From an uncultured Gemmatimonadaceae bacterium (GTDB taxonomy: Bacteria; Gemmatimonadota; Gemmatimonadetes; Gemmatimonadales; Gemmatimonadaceae): a DNA stretch of 64,000 nucleotides. The stretch spans positions 64,001 to 128,000 of the forward strand of contig CAWAGQ010000013.1 of NCBI GenBank assembly GCA_963781585.1, read 5' to 3'. Under the pieces are notes generated by a model. It had not been told where the DNA came from and made no database searches. It was given only the letters and a program-made list of their open reading frames with translations. This document shows positions 1-11,273 of this stretch, one piece after another; the stretch's first letter is position 1, and every line of letters starts with the position of its first letter. Both the position numbers and the translations under genes were made by a program.

Positions 1-180
1 GGGGCCCTGGGCGAGGCCGGCGTGCTGCTCACCGGAGGAACGCTGCTGTACGCCACGCCGGTCGCGGGGCCGCTCGCCGACTCGTCGTACGTCCTTCCGG
101 GCGCGGTGCTCGTCGACCGCGCCGACCTGGCCGCCATCGCGCCCAACGTGGTGCCGGGCCTGTCCGTGTATTTCTACTAG
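1..180 (+). CDS. 3' end of a YkuD/L,D-transpeptidase-like protein, apparently lacking the catalytic His/Cys (5' end outside window)
   Basis: Frame 1 reads GALGEAGVLLTGGTLLYATP...VLPGAVLVDRADLAAIAPNVVPGLSVYFY*. This parallels the C-terminus of the next gene (GVVGTERLNLGDGYGLHGT...SHGCVRLRNEDIETLFRIVPIGTPVYIY). Confidence 0.6.
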   Translation, partial: GALGEAGVLLTGGTLLYATPVAGPLADSSYVLPGAVLVDRADLAAIAPNVVPGLSVYFY

Positions 181-193
181 CGGACGCGGCGCC

Positions 194-1051
194 ATGGACT
201 CGGTCGTTCGCTTCTATCGCTCGGGCGGGGCGCTCGCGTGGGCGTTGACGGCGATCGCCGTTCTGGGGTGCGCCGGCACCCTGTGGATGACGACCACCAC
301 CGCAAACGTCCGCTTTGCGCGCGACGTTACGCGGATGGTCTTCAACGACAACCTCGAGCTGCTCGCTGACGTGCGGCGTCGGGTGGGCACCGCCACCGAC
401 TCGCTCGATGATCTGATCGCGTCTCCGGGTGACACCGCCGTCGAGCGAGGCTCGATCGTGGTCAGCATCGCCGACCATCGCCTCTGGTACCGGGTGGGCG
501 ATCAGCTCGTGTTCGAAACCCGGGTCGCCACCGGCAGCGGAAAGGTGCTGGCACAGGGCAGCACGAGCCACTGGAAGTTCGAGACGCCGCGCGGGCGCCT
601 GGTGGTGCAGAACAAGGAGGCCGATCCCACCTGGGTGCCGCCCGACTGGCACTACGTCGAGGTGGCGAGGAAACAGCACCTTCGCCTAACGAAATTGATC
701 CGCGGCAAGTCCATCGACGTGGGCGACGGCAGCGTCATCACCGTGTCGGGCAACAACGTGGTCCGGCGTTTCCCCGACGGGCACGAAGAGCCGTACGAGG
801 TGAGTGAGGGGAAGGAGATCACGGTGAAGGGGATGCTCATCGTCCCGCCGTTCGGCACCAATCAGCGCCGGTATGAAGGGGTGGTGGGCACCGAGCGCCT
901 GAACCTCGGGGATGGATACGGACTGCATGGCACCGATGTGCCGTCGTCGATCGGACAATCGGTGAGCCACGGCTGCGTGCGATTGCGCAACGAGGACATC
1001 GAAACGCTGTTCCGCATCGTTCCCATTGGTACTCCGGTGTACATCTACTGA
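194..1051 (+). CDS. L,D-transpeptidase (YkuD family)
   Basis: N-terminal hydrophobic anchor; TPRG, PTWVPP, LHGT...SHGCVRL catalytic motif; ends GTPVYIY. Confidence 0.92.
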   Translation: MDSVVRFYRSGGALAWALTAIAVLGCAGTLWMTTTTANVRFARDVTRMVFNDNLELLADVRRRVGTATDSLDDLIASPGDTAVERGSIVVSIADHRLWYRVGDQLVFETRVATGSGKVLAQGSTSHWKFETPRGRLVVQNKEADPTWVPPDWHYVEVARKQHLRLTKLIRGKSIDVGDGSVITVSGNNVVRRFPDGHEEPYEVSEGKEITVKGMLIVPPFGTNQRRYEGVVGTERLNLGDGYGLHGTDVPSSIGQSVSHGCVRLRNEDIETLFRIVPIGTPVYIY

Positions 1052-1227
1052 CGTCGATGGCCCCGGGGCCGAGGGGTGGACCGGAGCGCGTCGAAGTGGC
1101 ATCTTTCTCTCCCCGTGCGTGCTCGGGCTCACGTTGCGAGTGCGTGCTCCCTCTCAAAACCCGCGATGGCGTGACCTCCACGGCCCCACACCGGTCGTGG
1201 CTGGGACATTCGGTATCAGAGGGGATA

Positions 1228-2169
1228 ATGAGACCGAGCAGCAGCCGAAGGACCACTATCGCGTTTGGTGTCGCCGCCGCGTTCGTGTGCGCGACGGCGT
1301 TCATGCGTGCGCCGGACGCCGGCGCGAACGTGTCCGTGCGTCCGTCGCCGGAATCGACCACCACGATGCCGTTCGGCGCGGACACGCTCGCGGGGCGCAG
1401 CGGCAAGCTCCTCATGCGGCTGATCGATCGGGAAGGGGATGGCGGACTGGCCATCCTGCGGCGCCTGTTCGGCGACACCGCGACCACCCGACCCGGCATT
1501 TACGTCGCCTTCGACAGTGCGACGCGACGGCCGTTCAGTTTTGTCACGCTCGTCCCGTTCGCCGAGAAGGTCAAGGGAACCATCGGGGCATACCGGATGG
1601 GGTTCTGGCCGGGCGAACGCCGCGCGACGCGCTCCGATGCGTACCAGAATCCGGAGGGCTTCGTCCAGGTGACGCCCGAGAACGAAGACACGCCGGTGTC
1701 GGAACACTTCCGGTTGCGCGACTTCCTCACCCACGATCAGGCGGCGGTGTGGCCGAAGTACGTCGTGCTGAGCGAGACGCTCGTCGACAAGCTCGAGCTC
1801 GCCATGGCTGAGCTCCAGCGGCGGGGGATCCGCGCCGAGCACTTGGCCGTCCTGTCGGGCTTCCGTTCGCCGCAGTACAATGCCCGCGGGGTGAAGAGGG
1901 GTGGTCGCGCCGCTGACAGCCGGCACCAGTACGGCGATGCGGCCGATGTGTTCGTGGACAGCAACGGTGACGGGCGCATGGACGATCTCAACCACGATGG
2001 CCGCGTGAACAGCCGGGACGCGCGGGTCCTGGAGCAGGTGTTCGAAGCCGTGGAACGGGAGTACCCCGATCTCGCGGGCGGTCTGGCGGTGTACGCCGCC
2101 ACCAGGGCGCACGGGCCGTTCGTACACGTCGATACCCGCGGCGTCCCTGCCCGCTGGGGTCTCCGCTAG
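1228..2169 (+). CDS. Secreted M15-family Zn peptidase (YcbK/MepK-like) with DxNxDG Ca-binding-type insert
   Basis: ATG 1228 after GAGGGG; signal peptide; SGFRS, SRHQYGDAADV, HVD motifs; DSNGDGRMDDLNHDGRVN insert. Confidence 0.82.
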   Translation: MRPSSSRRTTIAFGVAAAFVCATAFMRAPDAGANVSVRPSPESTTTMPFGADTLAGRSGKLLMRLIDREGDGGLAILRRLFGDTATTRPGIYVAFDSATRRPFSFVTLVPFAEKVKGTIGAYRMGFWPGERRATRSDAYQNPEGFVQVTPENEDTPVSEHFRLRDFLTHDQAAVWPKYVVLSETLVDKLELAMAELQRRGIRAEHLAVLSGFRSPQYNARGVKRGGRAADSRHQYGDAADVFVDSNGDGRMDDLNHDGRVNSRDARVLEQVFEAVEREYPDLAGGLAVYAATRAHGPFVHVDTRGVPARWGLR

Positions 2170-3263
2170 TGCCCTTCCAGGCTCCCGGGCCTTCAGGCTC
2201 CGGGCAGGACGCCGGCGGAGCCGGTTCGGACCGCGGCACCGGCGCGCCTGACGCGCCACAGCCCGTTAGGCAGGATGGATCCCGCGTCGGACGCACGGTG
2301 CGGCACGTCCGGCTCGCCCTCGCCTGCTCCCTCGCCGTCGGATACATCGCATTCCTGCGCCCCGCCGAAGGCCTCGAGAGCACCGCCGCGCGCCTGCGCG
2401 CGGGTCCGCTGGCTCGCCCCGCAGCCGAAGCCTTCGGCCGCAGCGGCCACGTGCGGATGCGATTCGCGTTGCCCGGGACGCTGCTGGACTACCCTCTCGA
2501 GGTGGCCACCCGGGTTGATTCCGTCCGGTACGACTGGATCCCCCTCAACGGCGTCAGTGCGCTCGAGCAACCGCGCGCTCTCGCCAACGGCCTCGTGGCC
2601 CCGGACCAGCCTGGTTTCTACCACCTCGAGCTCCGCACCAACGGTATCCACCGCATGGTGGATGGGGTGTCGCTGTCCGTGCTGGTTCCGTTCGCGGAAA
2701 AGAACGGCGCGTCGCTCAACGGATACCGGATCGGCTACTACCGCGGTGAACGGTCGACTCGCCCGACCGCTGACATGCCGGCGGGCTTCGTCCAGATCGA
2801 CACGTGCGACCTGGACCTCCAGGTCTCTGATCACTTGCGTCTCGCCGATTTCGTCAGCCGCGACGCCCAGTCCACCTGGCCCCGCTACGCTGCGGTCGAT
2901 CCGCGCATTCTCGACAAGGTCGAGCTCGTGCTCGATGAAATCGAGAGCTGGTACGGTGGGGCACGTCGGGCGAGCGTGGCGTTCGACGTGCACTCGGGGT
3001 TCCGCACCCCGCTGCACAACCGGCAGGTGGCGCGCGCCGCGCGCGACAGCCGGCACCAGTTCGGCGACGCGCTCGACCTCGCGGTGGACGCCAACCGCGA
3101 CGGACGGGTGAGCGCAGCCGACACGAAACTGGTCGCCCTGGCGGTGGAAATCGTCGAGCGTGCGCATCCCGATCTGGTGGGCGGCATGGGCATCTACACG
3201 CACAGCGGTCCGGCATACGTGCATATCGACACCCGCGGCCAGCGCGTTCGCTGGCGGGGTTGA
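2169..3263 (+). CDS. Second M15-family peptidase paralogue
   Basis: HSGFRTP, SRHQFGDALD, DANRDGRVS, HIDTRG; start uncertain (GTG 2169 or later). Confidence 0.8.
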   Translation: MPFQAPGPSGSGQDAGGAGSDRGTGAPDAPQPVRQDGSRVGRTVRHVRLALACSLAVGYIAFLRPAEGLESTAARLRAGPLARPAAEAFGRSGHVRMRFALPGTLLDYPLEVATRVDSVRYDWIPLNGVSALEQPRALANGLVAPDQPGFYHLELRTNGIHRMVDGVSLSVLVPFAEKNGASLNGYRIGYYRGERSTRPTADMPAGFVQIDTCDLDLQVSDHLRLADFVSRDAQSTWPRYAAVDPRILDKVELVLDEIESWYGGARRASVAFDVHSGFRTPLHNRQVARAARDSRHQFGDALDLAVDANRDGRVSAADTKLVALAVEIVERAHPDLVGGMGIYTHSGPAYVHIDTRGQRVRWRG

Positions 3264-3269
3264 GCTGCC

Positions 3270-3722
3270 ATGCACCCGACGCTCCGCGACCGAATCGTGC
3301 GCCATCTGGAGCCGCTTCCCGACGAGCGCGCGTATCAGGTGCTCGACTATATCGAGTTTCTCGAGAAGAAGTACGGGACCGCGGACGCGTCGTCGGCGAA
3401 CCTGTTTCAGCGCTTCACCGAGGGCGTGGAAGACACCCTCCGCGCGGGGAAGGTCTCGGCCACCGCAATCGGTGAAACGATGGGCCTCCTCAGCAAGGCA
3501 ATGGGCGTGCTGAGCGGCGTTGCGGCGGCGGGGAAGTCCGTCGCTTCCGACATCGTCGACGTGGCCTCCCGCACCGTGAGCGGCGCGACCTCCTCCGGTA
3601 ACGCCGATCCGCGCGGCCGCGTCACAGGTCCCGACGGGTCCGGGCCCGCTCCGCCGCCCCCTGGTCCCGCACCGGGACAACCAGACCCTCCCGTCCCGCC
3701 CACGACCGGATCGAGCAGGTAG
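3270..3722 (+). CDS. Hypothetical protein (N-terminal LPDERAYQVLDYIEFL helix pair, Pro-rich tail)
   Basis: ATG 6 nt after the previous stop; codon usage like neighbours. Confidence 0.7.
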   Translation: MHPTLRDRIVRHLEPLPDERAYQVLDYIEFLEKKYGTADASSANLFQRFTEGVEDTLRAGKVSATAIGETMGLLSKAMGVLSGVAAAGKSVASDIVDVASRTVSGATSSGNADPRGRVTGPDGSGPAPPPPGPAPGQPDPPVPPTTGSSR

Positions 3723-3743
3723 GGAGTCGCTCCCACGTCTTGA

Positions 3744-5321
<1,578 letters not shown>

Positions 5322-5400
5322 CGCGGTCGGCAGTCTCCGCTGGCCGTCCGCGACGGCGTGCCGGACGCCCTCACCAGTGCGCGAAGAAAGCCTCCCGTGC

Positions 5401-5430
5401 TTGACGCGCCTTGTTCCGGGCCGATACTCT
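5401..5430 (+). promoter_or_regulatory. Possible sigma70 promoter for the permease
   Basis: TTGACG-N18-TACTCT, 45 nt upstream of ATG 5476. Confidence 0.35.
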
Positions 5431-5475
5431 AGCGGCCGCTTCTCCGGCGTCTGACCCCACATCCCTGAGGTGCGC

Positions 5476-6912
5476 ATGGACCTGTTCCGGCGAAAGAGCG
5501 TCACCGACCTGCAGGCCGAGGCGGAGCATGATCACAGCCTGAAGCGCGCGCTCGGTGCGCTCAACCTCACGCTGCTGGGAATCGGGGCCATCATCGGCAC
5601 CGGCATCTTCGTGCTCACGGGAACGGTCGCCGCGCTGAATGCCGGGCCCGCCGTCGTCCTGTCATTCGTGCTCGCGGGCGTCGCGTCGATCTTCGCTGCC
5701 CTGTGCTACTCTGAGTTCGCCTCCCTCGTCCCCATGGCCGGAAGCGCGTACACCTACGGCTACGCCACGCTGGGCGAACTCATCGCGTGGATCATCGGCT
5801 GGGACCTGATTCTCGAGTATGCCCTGGGCGCGGTCACGGTGGCCATTGGCTGGTCGGGCTACGTCGTCTCCTTTCTCAAGGACATCGGCATCACGGTGCC
5901 CCCGGCGATGTCCGCGGCACGCGGAACCCAGGTGATGCTCGCCGACGGGTCGAGCGTGACGGCGATCTTCAACCTGCCGGCGGTACTCATCATCGCAATC
6001 GTCACCACCCTGCTGGTCATCGGGATCAAGGAGTCGGCGAACGTCAACAACGTCATCGTCTTCCTGAAAGTCGGTGTGGTCCTGGTCTTCATCTTCGGTG
6101 CGTTCCGCGCGATCAACCCGGCCAATTGGCATCCGTTCATTCCGCCAAGCACCGGAACGTCCGGCGAATTCGGCTGGTCCGGAGTGATGACCGGTGCCGG
6201 CATCGTCTTCTTCGCGTACATAGGATTCGATGCCGTGTCGACTGCGGCACAGGAGGCCAAGAACCCGCAACGGGACATGCCAATCGGCATCATCGGGTCG
6301 CTGCTGATATGCACCGTCCTGTACATCATCGTGTCGGCCATCGCTACAGGGGTCATGCCGTACGGCGAGCTCAACGTCCCGGATCCGATCGCCGTCGTGG
6401 CCGACCGCGCCGGCCTCGGTTGGATTTCGTCGTTCATCAAGCTGGGCGCGATCGCCGGCCTGTCGTCGGTGATTCTCGTGATGCTGCTGGGGCAGTCGCG
6501 CGTCTTCTGGACCATGTCGAAGGACGGTCTGCTGCCGCGGTTCGTCAGCCACATCCATCCGAAGTTCCAGACGCCGTGGATCACATCCATCGTGACCGGC
6601 GTCGCGGTGGCATTCGTGTCGTCGCTGCTTACGGTGCGTGAAGCCGGCAGCCTCGTCTCGATCGGCACGCTGCTGGCCTTCGTGATCGTGTCGGCCGGCA
6701 TACTCGTGCTGCGCGTGCGCGAGCCCAACTTGCCGCGCACTTTCAAGACGCCAGCCGTGTTCGTGGTCGCCCCGCTCGGCGCCATCTCGGCGCTCTACCT
6801 CATGGCCTCGCTGCCGTGGCGCACGTGGGAGCGTCTGATCATCTGGTTCGTGATAGGCATGTTCATCTATTTCCTGTACGGCGCGCGCAATTCCCGATTG
6901 GCCAAACGCTGA
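5476..6912 (+). CDS. APC-family amino acid permease
   Basis: GIGAIIGTGIF, GSAYTY, FFAYIGFD motifs; about 12 hydrophobic segments. Confidence 0.95.
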   Translation: MDLFRRKSVTDLQAEAEHDHSLKRALGALNLTLLGIGAIIGTGIFVLTGTVAALNAGPAVVLSFVLAGVASIFAALCYSEFASLVPMAGSAYTYGYATLGELIAWIIGWDLILEYALGAVTVAIGWSGYVVSFLKDIGITVPPAMSAARGTQVMLADGSSVTAIFNLPAVLIIAIVTTLLVIGIKESANVNNVIVFLKVGVVLVFIFGAFRAINPANWHPFIPPSTGTSGEFGWSGVMTGAGIVFFAYIGFDAVSTAAQEAKNPQRDMPIGIIGSLLICTVLYIIVSAIATGVMPYGELNVPDPIAVVADRAGLGWISSFIKLGAIAGLSSVILVMLLGQSRVFWTMSKDGLLPRFVSHIHPKFQTPWITSIVTGVAVAFVSSLLTVREAGSLVSIGTLLAFVIVSAGILVLRVREPNLPRTFKTPAVFVVAPLGAISALYLMASLPWRTWERLIIWFVIGMFIYFLYGARNSRLAKR

Positions 6913-6950
6913 CCGAACGCCCCGAGGGGAGACGCGGGTGGTTACCTTTC

Positions 6951-6984
6951 AGCGGCGCTCCTTCGGGGGCGCCGCTTTCGCTTT
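6951..6984 (+). terminator. Probable intrinsic terminator
   Basis: AGCGGCGCTCC-TTCG-GGGGCGCCGCT hairpin followed by TTCGCTTT. Confidence 0.65.
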
Positions 6985-6997
6985 CCCCAGGGAGCAC

Positions 6998-8056
6998 GTG
7001 AATCTGTCGACGCTGCTACAGGTGCCGGCCGAACGCGGCGAGGCGATCCGGCGCATCGCCGGCGCCCTCGATGGCGTACGCACGGTCGGGATCACGACCC
7101 ACATCAATGCGGATGGAGACGCCTGCGGATCGGTTGCCGCCATGGCGCGCTTGCTCGCACAGATGCATCGCACGCCGGTCGTGGTCAATCCCACTCCCTG
7201 GCCGCTCCTGTTCAACTTTCTGCTCGGCAGCGATGTCAGCGACCGCAGCGCGGAGGGAGCCGCCGCCCTCTCGCGTGTGGACGCCGTGGTTGCGCTGGAC
7301 GTGAGCGACATGAAGCGGCTGGGCGGTCTGGCAGCCACCGTGCGCGCCGTGCGGGTACCGCGCATCGTGATCGATCACCACATCGCGACCGACGAGCCTG
7401 CCGGGGACATCATCCTCGCCGACGCCGAGGCGTGCGCGACCGGCGAACTCCTCTACGATTTTGCCGTCGCGACCGGGCTCGAAATCACGCCGGGGGTCGC
7501 CTGCTCGCTGTACTGTGCCATTCTCACCGATACCGGCGGGTTCCGCTACAGCAATACGTCGCCTCGGTGTCATGCGATTGCTGCCGCGCTGCTCGAGCGG
7601 GGCGTCGATCCCGAGTCGATGTACCGCCGGATCTATGCCTCGATGTCACCGGGGCGCCTCCATCTGCTCCGCGATGCCCTCGGGACGCTTGGCGTCGATG
7701 AGACGCACGGCATCGCCTGGGTCTCGGTGACGAATGACGCGATGGAGCGCCATGACGTGAGCGCCGAAGACCTCGATGGGATCGTCGAGCACCCCAGATC
7801 CATCGCCGGCACGCGGCTGGCGATGTTCTTTCGAGACCTCGGCTACGGCAAGGTCAAAGTGTCGTTCCGGAGCACCGGCGATGTGGACGTCAATCAGCTG
7901 GCGCGGCAATTCGGGGGTGGCGGCCACGCCAAGGCGTCCGGGGCACTCGTGGTCGGGTCGCTCGACGAGGTCATGGAGCGCGTGGTGGGCGCGGCCCGCG
8001 AGTTCGTCGGTCCGTCTCCCGGCCAGCCATCCAACGGCCGGCGGTCCGAGAGCTGA
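6998..8056 (+). CDS. nrnA: DHH/DHHA1 oligoribonuclease / pAp phosphatase
   Basis: THINADGD, IDHH, DTGGF, GGGGHAKASG; GTG start after GGAG. Confidence 0.9.
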   Translation: MNLSTLLQVPAERGEAIRRIAGALDGVRTVGITTHINADGDACGSVAAMARLLAQMHRTPVVVNPTPWPLLFNFLLGSDVSDRSAEGAAALSRVDAVVALDVSDMKRLGGLAATVRAVRVPRIVIDHHIATDEPAGDIILADAEACATGELLYDFAVATGLEITPGVACSLYCAILTDTGGFRYSNTSPRCHAIAAALLERGVDPESMYRRIYASMSPGRLHLLRDALGTLGVDETHGIAWVSVTNDAMERHDVSAEDLDGIVEHPRSIAGTRLAMFFRDLGYGKVKVSFRSTGDVDVNQLARQFGGGGHAKASGALVVGSLDEVMERVVGAAREFVGPSPGQPSNGRRSES

Positions 8057-8100
8057 GGCTCGACTCAGAACGCGCTGCGGCGCGGGAGTGATCTCGACAC

Positions 8101-9225
8101 ATGGGACAGACGCTGCAGGAGCGGATCTCGGTCGCCCTCGGCACGGTGCGCAATGCCCGCACCGGAGCCGATGTGACCTCGTCAGGCATGGTCCGCGACC
8201 TGGCGACAACGCGCGATGGCAAGGTTCGCCTGACGATGCTGCTCGACGCCCACGACGACGCCACGCTGGTGCGCGACGTACGCCAGGCCCTGCAGCGCGT
8301 TGCCGGCGTGAGCGATGTCCAGATCGACGTCCGTGATCCGCGCGAGCTCGAGCGACCTGCAGCCCCCAGGGCGACGGCGGGTCGCGCCCTGCCGGTCATG
8401 GACGATCGGCCGGCGCCGCAACGCCCGGCCGCGCCCACCCCCGTCCTGTACCCGAATCTCGGCCACGTCCTCGCCGTCTCGAGCGGCAAGGGCGGGGTGG
8501 GGAAGTCGACGGTGGCGGTGAATCTCGCCGTCTCACTGGCGCAACGTGGCGCTCGGGTCGGCATCATGGACGCGGACATCTACGGTCCGGACATCCCCCG
8601 CATGCTCGGCGTCAATGCGCCGCCCGCGGTCGTGAACGAACGCATTATTCCGCTCGAGGCCCACGGTGTGAAGGTGATGAGCCTGGGGTTCCTCATCGAG
8701 CGCGACCAGCCGGCCATCTGGCGCGGCCCGATCGTGATGAAGATCGTGACGCAGTTCCTGCGCGACGTGCAGTGGGGCGAACTCGACTTCCTGGTCGTGG
8801 ACATGCCACCCGGCACCGGCGACGCCCAGCTCTCGCTGGTGCAGGCGACGCAGGTCCGTGGCGCCGTGATCGTGACCACGCCCCAGGACGTCGCGGCCGG
8901 CGACGCCTTGCGGGGCGCCAAGATGTTCATGCGGGTCGGCGTCCCGGTGCTCGGCATCGTGGAGAACATGAGCTGGTTCGAGTGCCCGCACTGCGGTGCG
9001 CCCACTCCCCTGTTTGGAACGGGAGGTGGACAGGGGCTCGCGGATGAGCTGGAGTTACCCCTCCTGGGGAAAATTCCGCTCTATCCCCGCGTCATGGCCG
9101 GCGGGGACTCCGGCAATCCGATTGTGCACGCCGAACCCGAATCGAGCGCCGCCCGCGAACTGGGGCTCATCGCGGATCGGATCCGTGAGTCGCTGGGAGC
9201 GCCGGTGCGCGTGTCGCACGGCTGA
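8101..9225 (+). CDS. apbC: Mrp/NBP35 Fe-S cluster carrier ATPase
   Basis: SGKGGVGKS, DADIYGP, WRGP, DMPPGTGD, ENMS..CPHC. Confidence 0.95.
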   Translation: MGQTLQERISVALGTVRNARTGADVTSSGMVRDLATTRDGKVRLTMLLDAHDDATLVRDVRQALQRVAGVSDVQIDVRDPRELERPAAPRATAGRALPVMDDRPAPQRPAAPTPVLYPNLGHVLAVSSGKGGVGKSTVAVNLAVSLAQRGARVGIMDADIYGPDIPRMLGVNAPPAVVNERIIPLEAHGVKVMSLGFLIERDQPAIWRGPIVMKIVTQFLRDVQWGELDFLVVDMPPGTGDAQLSLVQATQVRGAVIVTTPQDVAAGDALRGAKMFMRVGVPVLGIVENMSWFECPHCGAPTPLFGTGGGQGLADELELPLLGKIPLYPRVMAGGDSGNPIVHAEPESSAARELGLIADRIRESLGAPVRVSHG

Positions 9226-9251
9226 GGAGGCCCGGTCGGGGCGTTCGACAA

Positions 9252-9350
9252 GTCAGCCAATCAGTCGCAAGCTTCCAGCCACCAGCAAGAAGTCTCAGCA
9301 GCCAGCTCTCAGTCAACAGCTCTCGGTTCTGCGTCGTCAGCCATCAGCTC
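9252..9350. repeat. Degenerate 7-bp tandem repeat (CAG-centred heptamers)
   Basis: CAG begins at 9296, 9303, 9310, 9317, (CGG 9324), 9338, 9345, and at 9262, 9276, 9283. Confidence 0.6.
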
Positions 9351-9364
9351 CCTCGGTCCTCCCC

Positions 9365-10111
9365 TTGCCCGTCATCACTCTCCTCACCGATTTCGGCACC
9401 GCCGATGGATACGTGGCGCAGATGAAGGGCGTCCTCGTGACCGGTGCGCCGGGAGCGGTAGTGGTAGACCTGTCCCATGAGATTCCGCCACAGGACGTGG
9501 AACTCGCCCGACTCGCCGTCGCCCGCTATTGGCGCTGGTTTCCGCCGGGCACTGTCCATCTGGTCGTTGTTGACCCGGGGGTAGGAAGCGCTCGCGCCGC
9601 CGTGGCCGCGGCGAGCGACGGCCGGTATCTGGTGGGCCCGGACAACGGCGTGCTTTCGCCGGCGCTGCTGGTGCCGGGCGCGCGCGCGGTCGCCCTCGCG
9701 ACTCCCGCCGGGGCGTCGCCCACCTTTCACGGTCGCGATGTCTTTGCACCGGCTGCCGCGGCCCTTGCGCGAGGGATCGACCTCGAGGCGTTAGGCGCGC
9801 CGTTCGCGGAGCCGTGCATCCGCCGCACACCCGAGCCCATCCGCGAACCCGACGGCGGGCTCCGGGGAGAGGTCATCGCCCTCGATCGCTTCGGCAACGC
9901 GGTCACCAACCTGGCGGGCGTACGCGGGGGTATCGTGTCCGCGGGTTCGCGCCGCATCCCCGTGCGGCTCACCTACGTCGAGGTGCCGGTGGGTGAACTG
10001 CTGGCGCTGGTCGGCTCGTCGGGGCTGCTGGAGATCGCCCGGCGCAACGGCAGCGCCGCCGCCCTGGGCGTCCAGCGCGGCACAGTGGTGCGCTGGCATC
10101 CCGACGGCTAG
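9365..10111 (+). CDS. SAM hydroxide adenosyltransferase / chlorinase-fluorinase (DUF62) family
   Basis: ITLLTDFG, VVVDPGVGS, GPDNG, TFHGRDVFAP, DRFGN; TTG start inferred. Confidence 0.92.
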   Translation: MPVITLLTDFGTADGYVAQMKGVLVTGAPGAVVVDLSHEIPPQDVELARLAVARYWRWFPPGTVHLVVVDPGVGSARAAVAAASDGRYLVGPDNGVLSPALLVPGARAVALATPAGASPTFHGRDVFAPAAAALARGIDLEALGAPFAEPCIRRTPEPIREPDGGLRGEVIALDRFGNAVTNLAGVRGGIVSAGSRRIPVRLTYVEVPVGELLALVGSSGLLEIARRNGSAAALGVQRGTVVRWHPDG

Positions 10112-10147
10112 GCCGCACCGCCGGGACGATCGCGCGTTCCGGACCTG

Positions 10148-11272
10148 CTACGCGCGCTGGCCGCGCGTCGCGGCGGGCGTAGGTCGTCGCGCGGCCACCA
10201 CTCCCGTCACCGGCGTCGGCGTCAGCCAGACAGCCATCTCGTCGCTCACGGGTCGAGGGCGCGCTGCATCACGACGGGTACCTGCGCGCGAGAGAATCGC
10301 CGCGCCCAGTCCCGCGGTCGCCGCAACATAGGTGATTGCGAGCGCCAGAACCCGTCCGATGCCACTCAGCAGCGGTGACCATTGCAGCAGTGCGGCCGCC
10401 ACCCACATGCCGAGGTAGAGCAGGATGCCCAGCACCAGCCCCCTGAGCGCGCTGCCGCCCGCCGACAAGCGCCTGGACCGTCCCGGCCCGATGCTGCCAC
10501 CAGTCAACCGGGCCATGGCGAGGAACCCCAGCGTGACCAGTCCCGCCACCGCCAGCAGGTAGGCCACGACGGCGAACGGGATCAGCAGAATACCGACCAC
10601 CGTGACAGTGAGCGCGATCAGCAGCAGTGCCAGTACCGGGCCGATCCCGAGCTCTCCCGCCACCCCCACCAGAAAGGAACGCCAGAAGCTCTGTTCCAGG
10701 ACGTCCGTCACGCCCGCGAGATAATCGCCGGCAAAGGCGTGGACGCCGATGCCGATCAGCAGCACGATCACCAGCCAACCTAACGAGAGATTGAGCGCGC
10801 CCTGGGTCGAGAGCCGCGCGGCGCGGCGCTCGGGCGTCAGCCCCAGCCGCGCTCCCAGGGTGGCCGAGATCGACCGCTGGGCGCCTGCCACCGTACCGGA
10901 CGGGGCGCGAACCGCACCGAACGCCGCGATGGCGTCACCCGTCACGCGTCCACCGTCCTCCACGATCAGGTTCCCGGCGATGACGACTGCCGTGCCGACG
11001 ACCGTGCCCCGCACCCGCAGATCGCCCAGCGCCACCACCACCGGACCCTTTACGGAATCGCCGGCCGGGATGACCCGGCCACCGAACCCGATGGTGTCCG
11101 ACCCCACCTTCCCGCTGTCGGGCGATTGCATCGATATCCCCGACGAGTCCGGCGCGTGACCGGCGGCCCCATCCTGCCCGGCCGTCGTGGCGCCTTGTGC
11201 ACTCCCCTCGACCGAGAGGATGCTCAGGGCGACCATCGACGCGACGGTAACCACATGAACCGTCGCGCGCAT
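10148..11272 (-). CDS. Membrane protein with signal peptide, bactofilin-like beta-repeat region and multi-pass TM C-terminus
   Basis: GDLRVRGTVVGTAVVIAGNLIVEDGGRVTGD repeats, then several TM helices; ATG at 11272. Confidence 0.7.
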   Translation of the reverse strand: MRATVHVVTVASMVALSILSVEGSAQGATTAGQDGAAGHAPDSSGISMQSPDSGKVGSDTIGFGGRVIPAGDSVKGPVVVALGDLRVRGTVVGTAVVIAGNLIVEDGGRVTGDAIAAFGAVRAPSGTVAGAQRSISATLGARLGLTPERRAARLSTQGALNLSLGWLVIVLLIGIGVHAFAGDYLAGVTDVLEQSFWRSFLVGVAGELGIGPVLALLLIALTVTVVGILLIPFAVVAYLLAVAGLVTLGFLAMARLTGGSIGPGRSRRLSAGGSALRGLVLGILLYLGMWVAAALLQWSPLLSGIGRVLALAITYVAATAGLGAAILSRAGTRRDAARPRPVSDEMAVWLTPTPVTGVVAARRPTPAATRGQRA

Positions 11273-11273
11273 G

